Assembly: GCA_951406725.2 (NCBI GenBank)
Contig: OX597823.1
Span: 40,796,001 to 40,860,000 of the forward strand
Length of the DNA: 64,000 bases
Origin: Octopus vulgaris
Lineage: Eukaryota
Direction of reading: 5' to 3'
Part shown: positions 13,161 to 26,234 of the stretch, piece by piece
Layout: each line of letters begins with the position of its first letter
Position numbering within the stretch: the stretch's first letter is position 1
Made by a program: the position numbers and the translations under genes
The notes under the pieces: generated by a model
Told to the model about the DNA's origin: nothing
Database searches by the model: none
The model's input: only the letters and a program-made list of their open reading frames with translations

Positions 13161-14269
13161 GAAATGTTGGTTTGGTTGGGTAACACCCTGCCTCATTCTC
13201 TAGCATATTTAATTGCAAAGTCTGGTAAATCTGTGATGAGATGTCATTTCACTCTATTTTCAATAAGTTTATACACTTTTTAAGTGATCAGTCTCACACA
13301 TGTATAACCATCTGCATATAATGGTTCGAAACGGAGTGGTACTGAAACAATTGTAACCCAAATAATAAACTTATTCTTTATTGATATTTCAAACGTACAC
13401 ATACACACACACTTGCACAGACACACAGAGCCACACCCCACACTCACGTATATATTATGACACATACATATGTGTACATGTACAGAGAAGCTGTTTTTAG
13501 CATAATTGAATATGTAAACATGTTTTCAGCGTCGTACATATTTGTAACAACGCTATTGCCAAGCTTTTGGCCTTTTGCCCAATATCTTGATTGCGGTACA
13601 AAAAGAAAATATGATTTTTAAGTTGCTAAAATACCCGATAAGAAATATAAAAGAAAGCTGAACAAATTATATTAAGACGGACATATATAAAATACAAATA
13701 CAAAATAAATAATGTGAAAAGAAAATGGCGAGATTTTCCCAAAGTTAGCATGAAAACGTGTTTAGGAATCTATCGGTTTCTTCTCTTTACTGGCTGGTAT
13801 ACATAGTTTCATTGTGCATGTCACGATCAAAGTATGTGTAGACTTAACTGCGATAACTAATGTATTATCTGTATTTGTGCCTGTATGTGTGTGAATATTC
13901 CTATGTGTGTTTCTGCGTGAATGTTTGGGAATATGTGTGTGTGTTTGAATGAATGGATGTGAATATGTCATTATGTGTGTTTCTGTCTCACACTTTTTTT
14001 TCTTTAACACTTTTATATTTCTTCCTTTCTCCTAGTCTCTCCCTCCCTCCCTCTGTCGCTCTGTACTCACACACACACACTCACACATTATGTATGTCTG
14101 TGTGTATTTGTGCGTGTATGCATATGTATATTGTATGTATTCAAGTGATTGTATATGTATACGTTGAATGTATATGCGTATGAGAGAGAGAGAGATGTTT
14201 CTATATTTAATATATTGCTGTATATGTACGTAATTGCGTTTTTAAGAACTAATCTCAGAAGTCTGTGTA

Positions 14270-14316
<47 letters not shown>

Positions 14317-15216
14317 GTGTGTGTGTTTGCGTGCGCGTGTATGCGTGCCTGTCTGTGTAGAATTCATTTTCTAACTAGGAAGAACATTTCCAACAGTGAA
14401 TGTGATCTATTTTCTGCTGTTGCTCCATACGGCGCCGTCCTTTTATTATCTGCACACAAAACACATCTAACAGCTCATATTTCACACTAGCGCGTACATC
14501 CTATATTGCCAATATCACTTAGCATGAGGTTGGTGTTGGCAAATAACACCACACCATCATGGAGCATTCGAACATGTTTTACTGTTGTTGTTTTTGTTGT
14601 TATTAACGTTATTTTGGACTTAACAGTAAGAAGAATTTATTACAATGGCATACCTTTACATTCATTCATCTACCCCCCACGCTTACGCACGCGCTCTTCA
14701 AATGAATTGTGACGCATTAATAGCAGTATTATATGGCTCTTTAGCTATTGTACATTCCGTATTACTGATATATTATAAATGCTATTTTTCCTTCTTTATT
14801 TTTTGCTGCTGCTGTTCAGCGTATAAGGGTTCCTTTTAAGTATTCAACAAAGATTTATTGATAAAGCCGGTGCAGTCCATCAGTTCTACATCCGTGTCTT
14901 ACTAGTGCTTTTGCTAGCGACCTCGATTTACACTGAACTAATTAGTATGACGGCTTTGTATCTTTTATATCAACCACACTGCCCTATATCTCTTTTGTAT
15001 CATTGAATTATATGAGGCCTATTAACATATACAAACACCCATACTCATACAAATACATATACATACAAATACAAAAGCACACACGCATGTACTGTTGCAA
15101 TCCTAGCAGTGTTAGCTTCTTTTCCTCAATGTTCATTTATAAATTTATTTGTAACAGAATTGTATTAGCCTTAGCTGGTTCTGCAGCTATTGCATTTAAA
15201 CTTCACCTGTCAAGTA

Positions 15217-15247
<31 letters not shown>

Positions 15248-15281
15248 TGTATGTATGTATGTATGTATGTATGTATGTATG

Positions 15282-15321
<40 letters not shown>

Positions 15322-15372
15322 TATAAATCTATAAATATATATCTATATATACATATATCTATATATGTATTG

Positions 15373-16083
15373 ACACACCTACTTCCCCCCGCCACTCCTC
15401 TCTTGCTCCGACTCCTACTTCTTCTCTTCACCCCTTCTCTCCTCTCTCCTCTTCACTCCTACCCACCTTCTCCCTTCCCCTCTCCCTTCTTCGTCAACCC
15501 GCCCTCGTAACCCCAGGCTCTACACAATCCAACCCCACCTTCTCTATCCATTCCATCTCACTCCCACATACCCCACCTCTACCGTCACTCTAATCCTAAC
15601 CCACACCCCATCTTTGCTTTCCGCACTCTCACCTCCCCCACATCCCAACACTATCACACCATACATCACCATACCACAAAACATCACATTACATCACCAC
15701 GCACACACGAGCACTGGCCACTTCCCAGCCCCATGCCATCATCCGCACACCTACACCTACACACACGCACACGTCAAGGTCACCAGTCCTCTTCCACATG
15801 ATCATACGTGGTCTCTTATACACACGTATCTTCGTTTTGGGATCACCACTACTTTATTATCTCCCCTTGTTCGTGTGTGACCCCACTGTCCGGCATTTGC
15901 CACGATAGATCGCTTGCCACTACACATTCTTTATTTTCTCTCCCTGTTTCTCTCTGTGTTCCTTTCTGTGGAAGAGCGTAGGCTCGAAACGTTAAATACT
16001 TTTTCACTTCCCGAGCGTTAAACCAATACATCTGTTTGCTGTCTACACCACCTGACTTCGTCTTTTGTTTTTTATGAATCCTC

Positions 16084-16088
<5 letters not shown>
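15373..16088 (+). mobile_element. Penelope-like element, 5'-truncated 3' region
   Basis: Colinear homology with 43068-43800, which lies downstream of a GIY-YIG frame. It is flanked by (TA)n. Confidence 0.85.
15961..15998 (+). ncRNA. Minimal hammerhead-ribozyme-like motif (PLE-associated)
   Basis: ccttt-CTGTGGA-A-gagc(gtag)gctc-GAAA-cgtt-aaata: hammerhead layout with a variant core. Confidence 0.5.
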
Positions 16089-16111
<23 letters not shown>

Positions 16112-16114
<3 letters not shown>

Positions 16115-16358
16115 TGATAAAACGGTAAGATAACAAAAGAAAGAAAGAGACCTCAATATTATGTAAATAGAGGAAATTTATCTATACAATATGTTACATT
16201 ACTCGGTAGTCAAGATCAAACTCTGAGTTTCAGATGCCGATGTGGAAATCCACAACACCATCTCTTCGGTTATAACCGAAGAGATGGGGTTGTGGATTTC
16301 CACTTCGGCATCTGAAACTCAGAGTATTATCTTGACTACCGAGTAATGTAACATATTG
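16112..16358. repeat. Spacerless inverted repeat (86-bp arms, 16187-16272 and 16273-16358), probable inverted retroelement terminus
   Basis: The arms are reverse complements with 4 mismatches and no indels, centred on ggtta|taacc. The left arm continues ~75 bp further to (TA)n. Confidence 0.92.
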
Positions 16359-16441
<83 letters not shown>

Positions 16442-16442
16442 G

Positions 16443-16665
16443 TATTCTTTTATTCTTTTATACGTTTCGCCCTCAAGGCTGTTGTCACGATGGAGCGCCG
16501 CCAGTGAAAATAGTCGAGTAGCCGTTTTGTGGTATGGAAGCTGGTATTGCGTTGTTGTGAGGCATGTTACAAAACCTGACAACCACAAGATTGCTGCTAT
16601 TTAAGCACATACACACACTCAGCATACACACAACACACACACAACACACACACACTGACACACAC
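16443..16665. repeat. Direct repeat copy 1 (~220 bp; old SINE-B-tail-like sequence)
   Basis: Near-identical to 17591-17801. Confidence 0.92.
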
Positions 16666-16830
16666 TTGCGAAAATTGAATTTTTACTCGCCAAGTACTAA
16701 CAAAAACAACAAAAATTATTCCTCAAAATAAAGACCATTATTTTCCAAGACTTTCTACGAACTTTTGGGACAACCTTATATATATATGTATATATATATA
16801 GTATATATATATATAGTATATATATATATA

Positions 16831-17503
16831 TAACTTAGAATAACTTAGAAAGGTTTTGGCCAGTATTGGCCCAGGCCATGTCTAACTTAATAGCACCACC
16901 TGGCGAAGTCTTTCAGTTCAGGATTTGGGCACCAAGGCCAATTCGAGCAGAGAGTTATTGTTTGCGGAGACATATCCGGGTGTGGGTGGTTTGTCCGGTA
17001 CTGTTTGAAGGAATTTGTCCAAAGACTTCTTGAATTTTGTGTGGTCAGTTTCTTTTTTGACGTGTCCTGGTGTAATGTTGAAGAGAGCGGGTCCAATTGA
17101 GGTGAAATAGTTGTGCCGTATTGTCGTTATGTGATGCGATTTAGATTTTTGTTGTGGACGGATGGCACGTGGTCCAAGCCTTGGATGTATTTTGAAGGTG
17201 ATGCCAACATCATTCGGACAGTGCTGATGGAATATTTTCCACATCATACAGATAATGTAGCGTTCACGGCGTCGTTGGAGTGAATACAATTTCAGCTTCT
17301 CTAGTCTACCCCAGTAGTCAAGGTCTGACATGCCATCTATCTTTTTTGTGATTGACCTTTGGGGAGCTTCAATTCTCATAATATTTTGTTTTGTGTAGGG
17401 AGACCACAGTGGACAGCAGTATTCAAGGTGGGGTCGGGCAAAAGTGGAGAAGAGAAGGATAATAGCGTGGGAATCTCTCGACTGGAAGGTTCTGAGAATC
17501 CAA

Positions 17504-17505
<2 letters not shown>
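16831..17505 (-). mobile_element. CR1-clade LINE, 5'-truncated; ORF2 C-terminus (16918-17502), 3' UTR and short tandem tail
   Basis: Open frame WILRTF...RPHLEYCCPLWSPY...IEAPQR...RLEKLKLYSLQRRRER...FKKSLDKFL, typical of the region after the RT domain in CR1-group ORF2. The 3' tail is ttctaagtta-ttctaagtta. The element sits in (TA)n. Confidence 0.9.
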
Positions 17506-17565
<60 letters not shown>

Positions 17566-17590
17566 TATGTATGTATATATATATATATGT

Positions 17591-17801
17591 GTTCTTTTAT
17601 TCTTTTATACGTTTCGCCCTCAAGGTTGTTGTCACGATGGAGCGCCGCCAGTGAAAATAGTCGAGTAGCCGTTTTGTGGTATGGAAGCTGGTATTGCGTT
17701 GTTGTGAGGCATGTTACAAAACCTGACAACCACAAGATTGCTGCTATTTAAGCATATACACACACTCAGTATACACACAACACACACACACTGACACACA
17801 C
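17591..17801. repeat. Direct repeat copy 2
   Basis: Near-identical to 16443-16665, with a few substitutions and a CA-tract length difference. Confidence 0.92.
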
Positions 17802-18414
17802 AATGATTCTGATTGGTTGCTCGAGCTGCTAAAAAAATGTAGCTAAATTACCTTTAGTGAGTCACACTCTGTCGTTTTAAAAACGGGCACGATAAGTAAT
17901 GCGACCTTGGGTGTACGAGATACCAGCAAATAAAACATTTCAAAATTCACATTTATTTAATCAGGCCAACGTGGGACTCAGCGGCAGCAGTCTAAGCAGC
18001 AACAGGTACAGTACAATCGTAAGTAGTTGCGCCAATGTTGTAACGAACCACTCGTCGGATATTCAAGACATGTTACCTTGGTTCTAATTACCCAGTCTAC
18101 CTTGAACAGTAATTAGGTGCACTTTGGAGCTGTGTGTAGAGCGCAAGGTAATAATTAGAGTTACATTAGTTTGGTTTGCTAAAAATTCTAGTATTTCTCT
18201 GTGAAAAGCCCTAAGGAACTTGCAATCCCATCCAGATGCAGTTTCAGTTATTTCCTACTTCACATCAAATTTATTCACGAAATGTTATTGGATTCTAGAT
18301 TAGCCCTACTCAAACAAATCAAGGATGAAAGGTTTTTCCATAGCTATTCGTTTTACAGCAGCCGCAACGTTCGATATCCGCAGGTGATGTTACAGTACCT
18401 TCTGCTAACCTCTC

Positions 18415-18461
<47 letters not shown>

Positions 18462-19109
18462 TGTGCGCGTGCATGTTTTCGTGCATGCACGCTTCACTCC
18501 AGAGCTACGTTATTCTTCTAAATAAATGTTATTTTATGGGATGAATACAATACACTTTCAACAACTGCAAACTGACCATCAGACATTGAGAGCGAGTACA
18601 CTCTTGTAATAAATAGCAAAGCTATAATTTAGACTTCATAGGTCTAGACCAGCAATTTCCAAACTGGGATCTGCGAGCCTGAAGGAAGGGTGATGGAACG
18701 TAAAGAAAGAATTGGCGATCGGAGAACTGTATTCAAAATATGTTGAGTAGTCAGATCTTTCAAAAGACGGAAATCGTAAAGAATATTAATATGAGAGTCA
18801 TTTCTAATGATATTCTTGGTAACCATTTGTAAAGAATCACAACACCCAATGTACTGTTCTCTATTCCGATGTATAGGATAATATTTGAGGATGTTTCACT
18901 TGCTATAGCAAGCCTCCTCGGTTCGAAAACTTCGATAATGTCTATATGTTGGACTCGCCTGTTCTAAAGGACAGACGAGGATTCTGCATTATTTCAATAA
19001 ACAAACTGCACAAAGGATTTGTTTATAGTGATCAAACGTTTGTGCTGTACTTTAACGCACCCCTTCCATCAAATCGATATTGGCTGTGCCACAGGGAGTG
19101 ATTGCAGAG

Positions 19110-19270
19110 CAATGTGATCAAGTCGATTATATCGACTCCTGTGTTCAACTCGAACTGTGTTTCATCAACCCCGAAAAGATAAAAGGCAAAGCTAACCTCG
19201 GTGGAATTCCAACTCAGACTGTAAATCCGAAAGAAGTCCGGTGTGGTAACGATACTGCCTGCTCTCCTTA
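19110..19270 (-). mobile_element. SINE family A, degenerate
   Basis: caaccccgaaaagataaaaggcaaagctaacctcggtggaatt is the reverse complement of the family A core. Confidence 0.7.
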
Positions 19271-20270
19271 AATACGTATGTGTACATCAGACATACGCAC
19301 GCATCTGAATTTAACAAGATCTCCACTGAATAGAGAATCTGCATCACAATTTGGCCCGTCTTGTATTTTCTCCATTACTTTCTAACGCTCACCTAATAGC
19401 AGATATTTTACATTATACAACGTTTACTACTTCATCCAATAAAATTCAGTCAATATTAGAACATACATTTAGTTTCGCAACTGAAGCCATTCATGTAGAC
19501 AATTTTTATGTTTTATATGATATTAAAAAAAAAGAAAATCTCCTCGTATTCTCCACTTCTACAGATGTGTCTACTTCAGCACACGCATGTTCTACCTTTA
19601 TCACCATTTTCTCCACTTTACGACCATTTTCTCAAATGTTTACTTTCACTTTCTCCCTTTTTAACTATTTTCTCGATGATAAGTTGATTCTGTAAATTTA
19701 CAAAAACTTTTAGAGCAGGTATCTTGTTCAAAATATATTGTATTTGGATAATCTGTGTCATTTATTTACTTACTGACGGTACAGTAGCTACTAAAGTTAC
19801 TTAAACTGTCCACTATTTCATTTTTCATGTCAGCGAACACGTCCGTCTGTCTATGAAATCACAAATCTGTATATATATATATATAATGTGGGGAATCATT
19901 GTAAGACCTTATAGAAATACCGTGAAAGCCACCATCTTATTTAGGTCATGACTACATTGTAGATTTTCATTTAGTCTAGCCAGAAAAATAAAAGAAATTT
20001 CAGAGAGCAAATCGCTATACCTATGCACGCATGTACACATTGTACACACGCACAAACGTGCGAGAAAGCATAGCTTTATATATGTAGGTATAGGGGAGCA
20101 TATGCATACCTATTTTTGCAGTGTTCTATTGCAGTGTTCTGTTGGGATGAAGATTTGTTTGTGGTGTGAGGCACACACATATTTACATGTATGTTCATGG
20201 TTATGTATACATATATGTGTATATAGGCATGTGTATACATATATAGGATTAAGTATGCACATATATATAT

Positions 20271-20472
20271 GTATGTGAATAGGTATGTATGCCCATATAT
20301 ATATGTATGTGAATAGGTATGTATGCCCATATATATATGTATGTGAATAGGTATGTATGCCCATATATATATGTATGTGAATAGGTATGTATGCCCATAT
20401 ATATATGTATGTGAATAGGTATGTATGCCCATATATATATATGTATGTGAATAGGTATGTATGCCCATATAT
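20271..20472. repeat. Minisatellite, 6 copies of a 34-bp unit (gtatgtgaataggtatgtatgcccatatatatat)
   Basis: Units start at 20271, 20305, 20339, 20373, 20407 and 20443. Confidence 0.95.
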
Positions 20473-20625
20473 ATACATGTATACACAAGCATGTATATAT
20501 ATATATGCGTGTCTATATATGTGTGTGTGTGTATAAATATACATATATAATGTATGCGTTTGTGTATGACTGCGTGAGCTTATGAGTGTAATATATACGC
20601 TTTAATGTATGTATGCAAATACCAG

Positions 20626-20838
20626 GGGGTGAGGTGGCAGAATAGTTAACACACCGGGCCAAATGCTAAGAGGCATTTCGGCCGTCTTTACATTCAGAGT
20701 TCAAATTCCCCTGAGATCGACTTTGATTTGCTTCCTTTCGGGGGTCGATGAAATAAGTACCAGTTGATCATTGCGGTCGATGTAAGCGATGTAATCCCCA
20801 CCGATCTTGCAAGCTTCGTGCCAAAATTTTAAGCCAAT
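20626..20838 (+). mobile_element. SINE family A copy
   Basis: ggggtgaggtggcagaatag head, cagagttcaaattc, and gatcgactttg...cctttcgggggtcgatgaaataagtaccag. Confidence 0.85.
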
Positions 20839-20892
20839 ATATGACACATATATAAATATATGCTTACATAAACACAATCATATATATATATG

Positions 20893-20990
<98 letters not shown>

Positions 20991-21210
20991 ATATATATAT
21001 ATATATGCATGCACACTCGTATTTAATCAAGATATTCTCTCAGCCCCTGAACATACTTTACACCGACACCCCCACCAACACATTTATTTCGTTTCCTATA
21101 TTGCCTCCAACGATTCTAAATATGCCCTATTCTTCTCTTTACCAAAAATCTCTATTCTTCTCTTGTTCACCTTCTCTTCATGTTCTCCCTAACATTTTTC
21201 TTTCTCCACC

Positions 21211-21257
<47 letters not shown>

Positions 21258-21660
21258 ACCGCTGTCTCCATCAATCGTATTTTCAACAAGGGAAAACGCT
21301 ATTTCGTGATTAATTTCAATCGCCATGCAGTTAATCCTTAATTGATTTCGATGTAACATAACTGTTACTTGTGCGAATAGAATATTTATTGCAAGAGAAG
21401 CCCCTTGGCAGCTAATGGGAACGAGAGAGGGCAGACGCGCGCTCACAGACACACACAGACACAGAAACACACACACGCACACACGTACACACACACACAC
21501 ACATACACACATATACACAGAAACTCACCCACGCACACTCACGCAAACGTGTATTCAAATGTACATGTTCATGTGTATATGTTTTTGTCTCTGATATGAG
21601 TATATTTATATATACATACATACATATATGCATACATACATACATACATACATACATACA

Positions 21661-21693
<33 letters not shown>

Positions 21694-22189
21694 GCATGCA
21701 TACATACATACATATATGCGTGCATGCATACATACATGCATGCAAACTTGCATACATATATATATACATTCATGTACATGTATACACATACAAACGCGTA
21801 TCTACATATTTGCGTGAATGTGTGCGCGTGTGTCTTGATATGAATATACACATATATGTATACATACATATACGTGCATATACATACACACCATACTCAC
21901 ATATCTTTTCGTATTTGTTTCTCAAGGCTATTGGCGTGTGAAGCCATCTGTTGAAAGAGATATTATTGTGCAATATGGTGTTGGTGTTGGTGGGATAATT
22001 GCGCCAGCATAACACAACCATTGATCGGAGTTCACTTCTTTATTACTGGATTGATTTGTATAATTCGTTTTCCTCCTCTGTTGCCTGAATCTCACGCCCA
22101 CGCGAACACCTAGACAATGATACCTTCACAGAGAAATCATCGAAAAGGCTACGGACGTGTAGCAGGAAATTAAAGTAAAATAAATCCTC

Positions 22190-22422
22190 TGCACATCACT
22201 GTCTCGAGTGCTAGGACTAGTAAGGCTAGCTACTCGGTTTCCATGGTATATAATTAACCAAGTTCCCATCATTATTCCCTGAATGGGATGACAGGCGTCA
22301 GCTGGGTTACTCATTTACAGCCGAGTGGACATAAGTACAATGCACCGCCTGGTCTAGGAATCAAAACTACCATCCTGCGATCGTGAGTGTCACATCCAAA
22401 CTATCAAGTCATGCTTCTTCAC
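22190..22422 (-). mobile_element. tRNA-derived SINE family C, degenerate
   Basis: The reverse complement carries ctcacgatcgc...ttttgattcc head remnants and catcccattcaggg...catggaaaccg, similar to 48560-48862 and 60480-60720. Confidence 0.5.
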
Positions 22423-22549
22423 CGTGTAGCAAAACGCTGTGACAAATGAATGAATGGCTTATGAAGAGAACTGCAACCAGTACGTGTGTGTTTTATAGCG
22501 TCAGAGTCACCCACCCAAAATGCAACTCACATTCACTCTCTTGGTATAT

Positions 22550-22594
<45 letters not shown>

Positions 22595-23751
22595 CCCACG
22601 TTTGTATGAATGTATGCATATATGCACATGTATGGATGGATGGATGCATGCATGCATGCATGCATATAAGAAAGGAAGCAATATTTATAAAGAATGTTTT
22701 CACGCTATAACAATGACCTCGAAACACGGATCGAAGCTAAGCGATAGAAGTTAAGAGAAATATTCTCCCAATTAGTAGAGTATAACTCCATACCATTTTC
22801 TTTCTCTTTCTTTTGCGGTAGGAGGAGAGATGGAGCAGGGGGAAGTGAGCAAAATAAAATATACAAATGGTTGGGTTTAGTTTTCATAATACAACTCTGT
22901 CGCTTCTCACACAATCAATGAACGCTACACCTACATGGCATTCATCTGTGCAATTTTACTCCACTTCAATGAAAGATACCTCATAAATGTAGCAGTCAAA
23001 TAGCTGTTGAATAGTGCCGTGTTGTTATATGCGGCAGCAAACTCCAAGCTAATCAGATTAAAATGCTTTAATGTCTCTGTCTGCCTGTGAACATAAACGG
23101 TTACCGAATCAGTGTGCTAAGTAATTATGACATCGTTAAGATGAAGCGCAGCAAAAGTTTTTTTCTCTTTTTTGTTTTGCATTAAAAACAGAAAATAATG
23201 TCAAAAAATTTGACCTCATTAGGATGAACCTGGTGATGAATATATTACAAGCGAGTGTAAAATATTACTCGAGTGTTAAGTTTTCACTGTAAATAATGTC
23301 AGATATTCTAAGCACCATTTTGAGACTGATGAACGAATTATAGTGGGTGGACAGTGGGTGGGGGGGATAAATGTATACCAGTAAAATAACTGAAACCAAT
23401 ACAAGTGAAGTACTTTTGCAGATTAATGAAACTACACGCTACTACAATAAAATATCGAAGCCTTGTGCCTATACAAGAATCAATTTTATTATCGTTGTTG
23501 TTTAATTCTCGGTCATTCCCAGCTGACCTGATCCGTAAAGAAAAGAGCCTGGCTGTGGCCATCACGCATCTCTTAAACTGACATTATGTCTCTGGTTACC
23601 AACATAAGTCTTTCTTCTCTAAGAAGAGAGAGATAGGATGCTATTTTAATGCTTTCGAGGGAGATAGGATAGTATTTCAATGCTTTCGGCAATCCACCTA
23701 CTGTGATTAAGAGTAATGGTGATTGTCAGAATTAATGTGTGTGTGCGTGTA

Positions 23752-23838
<87 letters not shown>

Positions 23839-23919
23839 CAGAGAGAGAGAGTTAATGATGTAGGAGCAAAAGTATTGGTACTATACCGCTTTTGTTGTTG
23901 CTGCAATTATGTTGCTGCG

Positions 23920-24121
23920 TAACCCCAGGTCAGACCTAATCGAGCAGATCTAAGATCAAAATCAATCTTTTTGTAACCATCACGTAATTTTCTAAACTCC
24001 AGACGTCGTCCAGAAACGCAATGAACAATATGTCCTTATCTAGGGCAATAGTGTGTGACTTGCGGGGCATTAAGCTACTAATTCTAGCATGGACGCCGAC
24101 CACGCAATGGCTCGTCTTTTG
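23920..24121. mobile_element. Short interspersed repeat family D
   Basis: taaccccaggtcagacctaatcgagcagatc...gtgtgacttgcggggcattaagctactaattctagc. Related fragments lie near 5292, 7850, 17810, 29530, 29900, 49420 and 58290. Confidence 0.55.
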
Positions 24122-24977
24122 GAAAGTGTGAAGTAGTGTTGATAAGGTGCAAATGTTTGTGGTATGATGGCGATAAAATGAATTGCACGGTTATTGTTTG
24201 TTGTTGTTGGAGGCATTTTTGTGATGATGCTGGTGGTTGTTGTACGGATGATGGCCGTTGGATATCGTATTATGGTAATATTTGACGTAGACGGTAGCGA
24301 GTTCCACGAAAACTAAAGCGTAAGCATCACGTTTTTATATGTTAATATATAAGGCAAATCACCAAAGACGTACAGATGTAAGCTTGCTTGCGTAGGTGTG
24401 CATGATAAGGTATGTCAGGATGCATGCTTAAGCTTATATCTATGCGATCGTGAGATTGTATGTGTGTGCATGTGTGTATATATGTGTTTGTGTGGGTGTA
24501 CGTATTGGTAAGGCTGCTTTGAGTCTTTCTACAATATGACAGGAATTGATGCAGCTCAGGGCTTTAGATACGATGTTAAAATCCAGATGAGATAATGAAG
24601 GCGTATGTACATACATACACCGAACCATACGCATATACATATCTGTGAAGACGCATATAACAGCTACATCTTTGTGCAAAATAAATCTCTCTCTCTCTTT
24701 CTCTCGCTCTCTGAATATATACACACACACACACACACACACATATATGTATATATACACACATATATACATATATATTCATGTATGAAGAGATAATAGA
24801 CCGATAGATTGATCGGTAGATATGCGCTCATATACAGGCAAGTACAGACGTGCGTACAGAGATTTATAGTCGAAGTCATTTGCCTAATTCTGAAAACATA
24901 AAAACAATTCTAAAATTCTTCTTAAGCAAATAAGAACCGATGTGGCTTTTAAACATTCACAAAAACACACACACACG

Positions 24978-25016
<39 letters not shown>

Positions 25017-25905
25017 ACACGTACATACAAGCACACACGCACACACACACGCGCGCGCACAACTTTGTAGTTAAATGTTTATGCGTATGTATGGATGGAT
25101 GTGTGTATATATATACACACACACACGCACTCATACATATATTTGAATATTCATATAAGCATCATATGTATATGCATATATATGACCATATACATATACA
25201 TTTACGCTTATACATACATACATTCGTACATGTGTGTGCGTGTGTGCGTGTATTATGCATGTACACCCAGAACCACGTTAATAGCGTAGGAGTGAAATTT
25301 AGGATTTCTCGGGTTTTCCCAGCTGGTCTGCGTACTATGGCAACGCCATATTTATGTTTTCCTTATTCTGTGTAACGTCATTTGCTATTTATTTCAGATT
25401 CTTCAGTGTTGGGGTGACCAGAGTAATAGCTTTTGAATGGAAATAACCCATCTAGACATTTTTTTCTTCAGAAAATGAAGGGTAATGATTTATTTTAAGC
25501 ACACACTGAGTATATATTTAAGAGAAAACCATAATAATATTATAACATTTATTGATATAATGAATTATTTAGCCACATAAACTGCAAAGAAGAAACGGTC
25601 TGATTGTGGGACCTCCAAGACTGTGACAGGAGCAGATTTAACGAATATTGGCTGCACATTACGTGGGGAACCTGGACAAACAAGCAAAGCCATTTTCCCT
25701 GCCTCCGGATTTCCTCATGTAGCGAAAAACCACCGGAAATCCCATCCTCGGGACCATGGTTTCCCTGCAAGAACCCAATGTCTGCAGGATTTGTGTCCTG
25801 ATGTTCTTTGAGTTAGCTTTTATATGCATCTGTTTGGTTCAGTAACATCCTAAGTAGCTTTTTACAAGGCTTTGCCCATGCGGGTGTATATATATTATAT
25901 ATATT

Positions 25906-26107
25906 ACTTTTTACTTACTTGTTTCAGTCATTTGACTGCGGCCATGCTGGAGCACCGCCTTTAGTCGAGCAAATCGACCCCGGGACTTATTCTTTGTAAG
26001 CCCAGTACTTATTCTATCGGTCTCTTTTGCCTAACCGCTAAGTTACGGGGACGTAAATACACCAGCATCGGTTGTCAAGCATTGCTAGGGGGACAAACAC
26101 ACACACC

Positions 26108-26148
<41 letters not shown>

Positions 26149-26234
26149 GACAGGCTTCTTTCAGTTTCCCTCTACCAAATCCACTCACAAGGCATTGGTC
26201 GGCCCGGGGCTATAGCAGAAGACACTTGCCCAAG
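25906..26234 (-). mobile_element. SINE family B, young, 5'-truncated
   Basis: High identity to 63517-63855; it stops at gacacttgcccaaga, next to (TA)n. Confidence 0.92.

Noticed and set aside
20271-20472. CRISPR-like periodicity (~34 bp)
   Set aside because: The units are contiguous with no unique spacers, there are no cas genes, and the context is eukaryotic.
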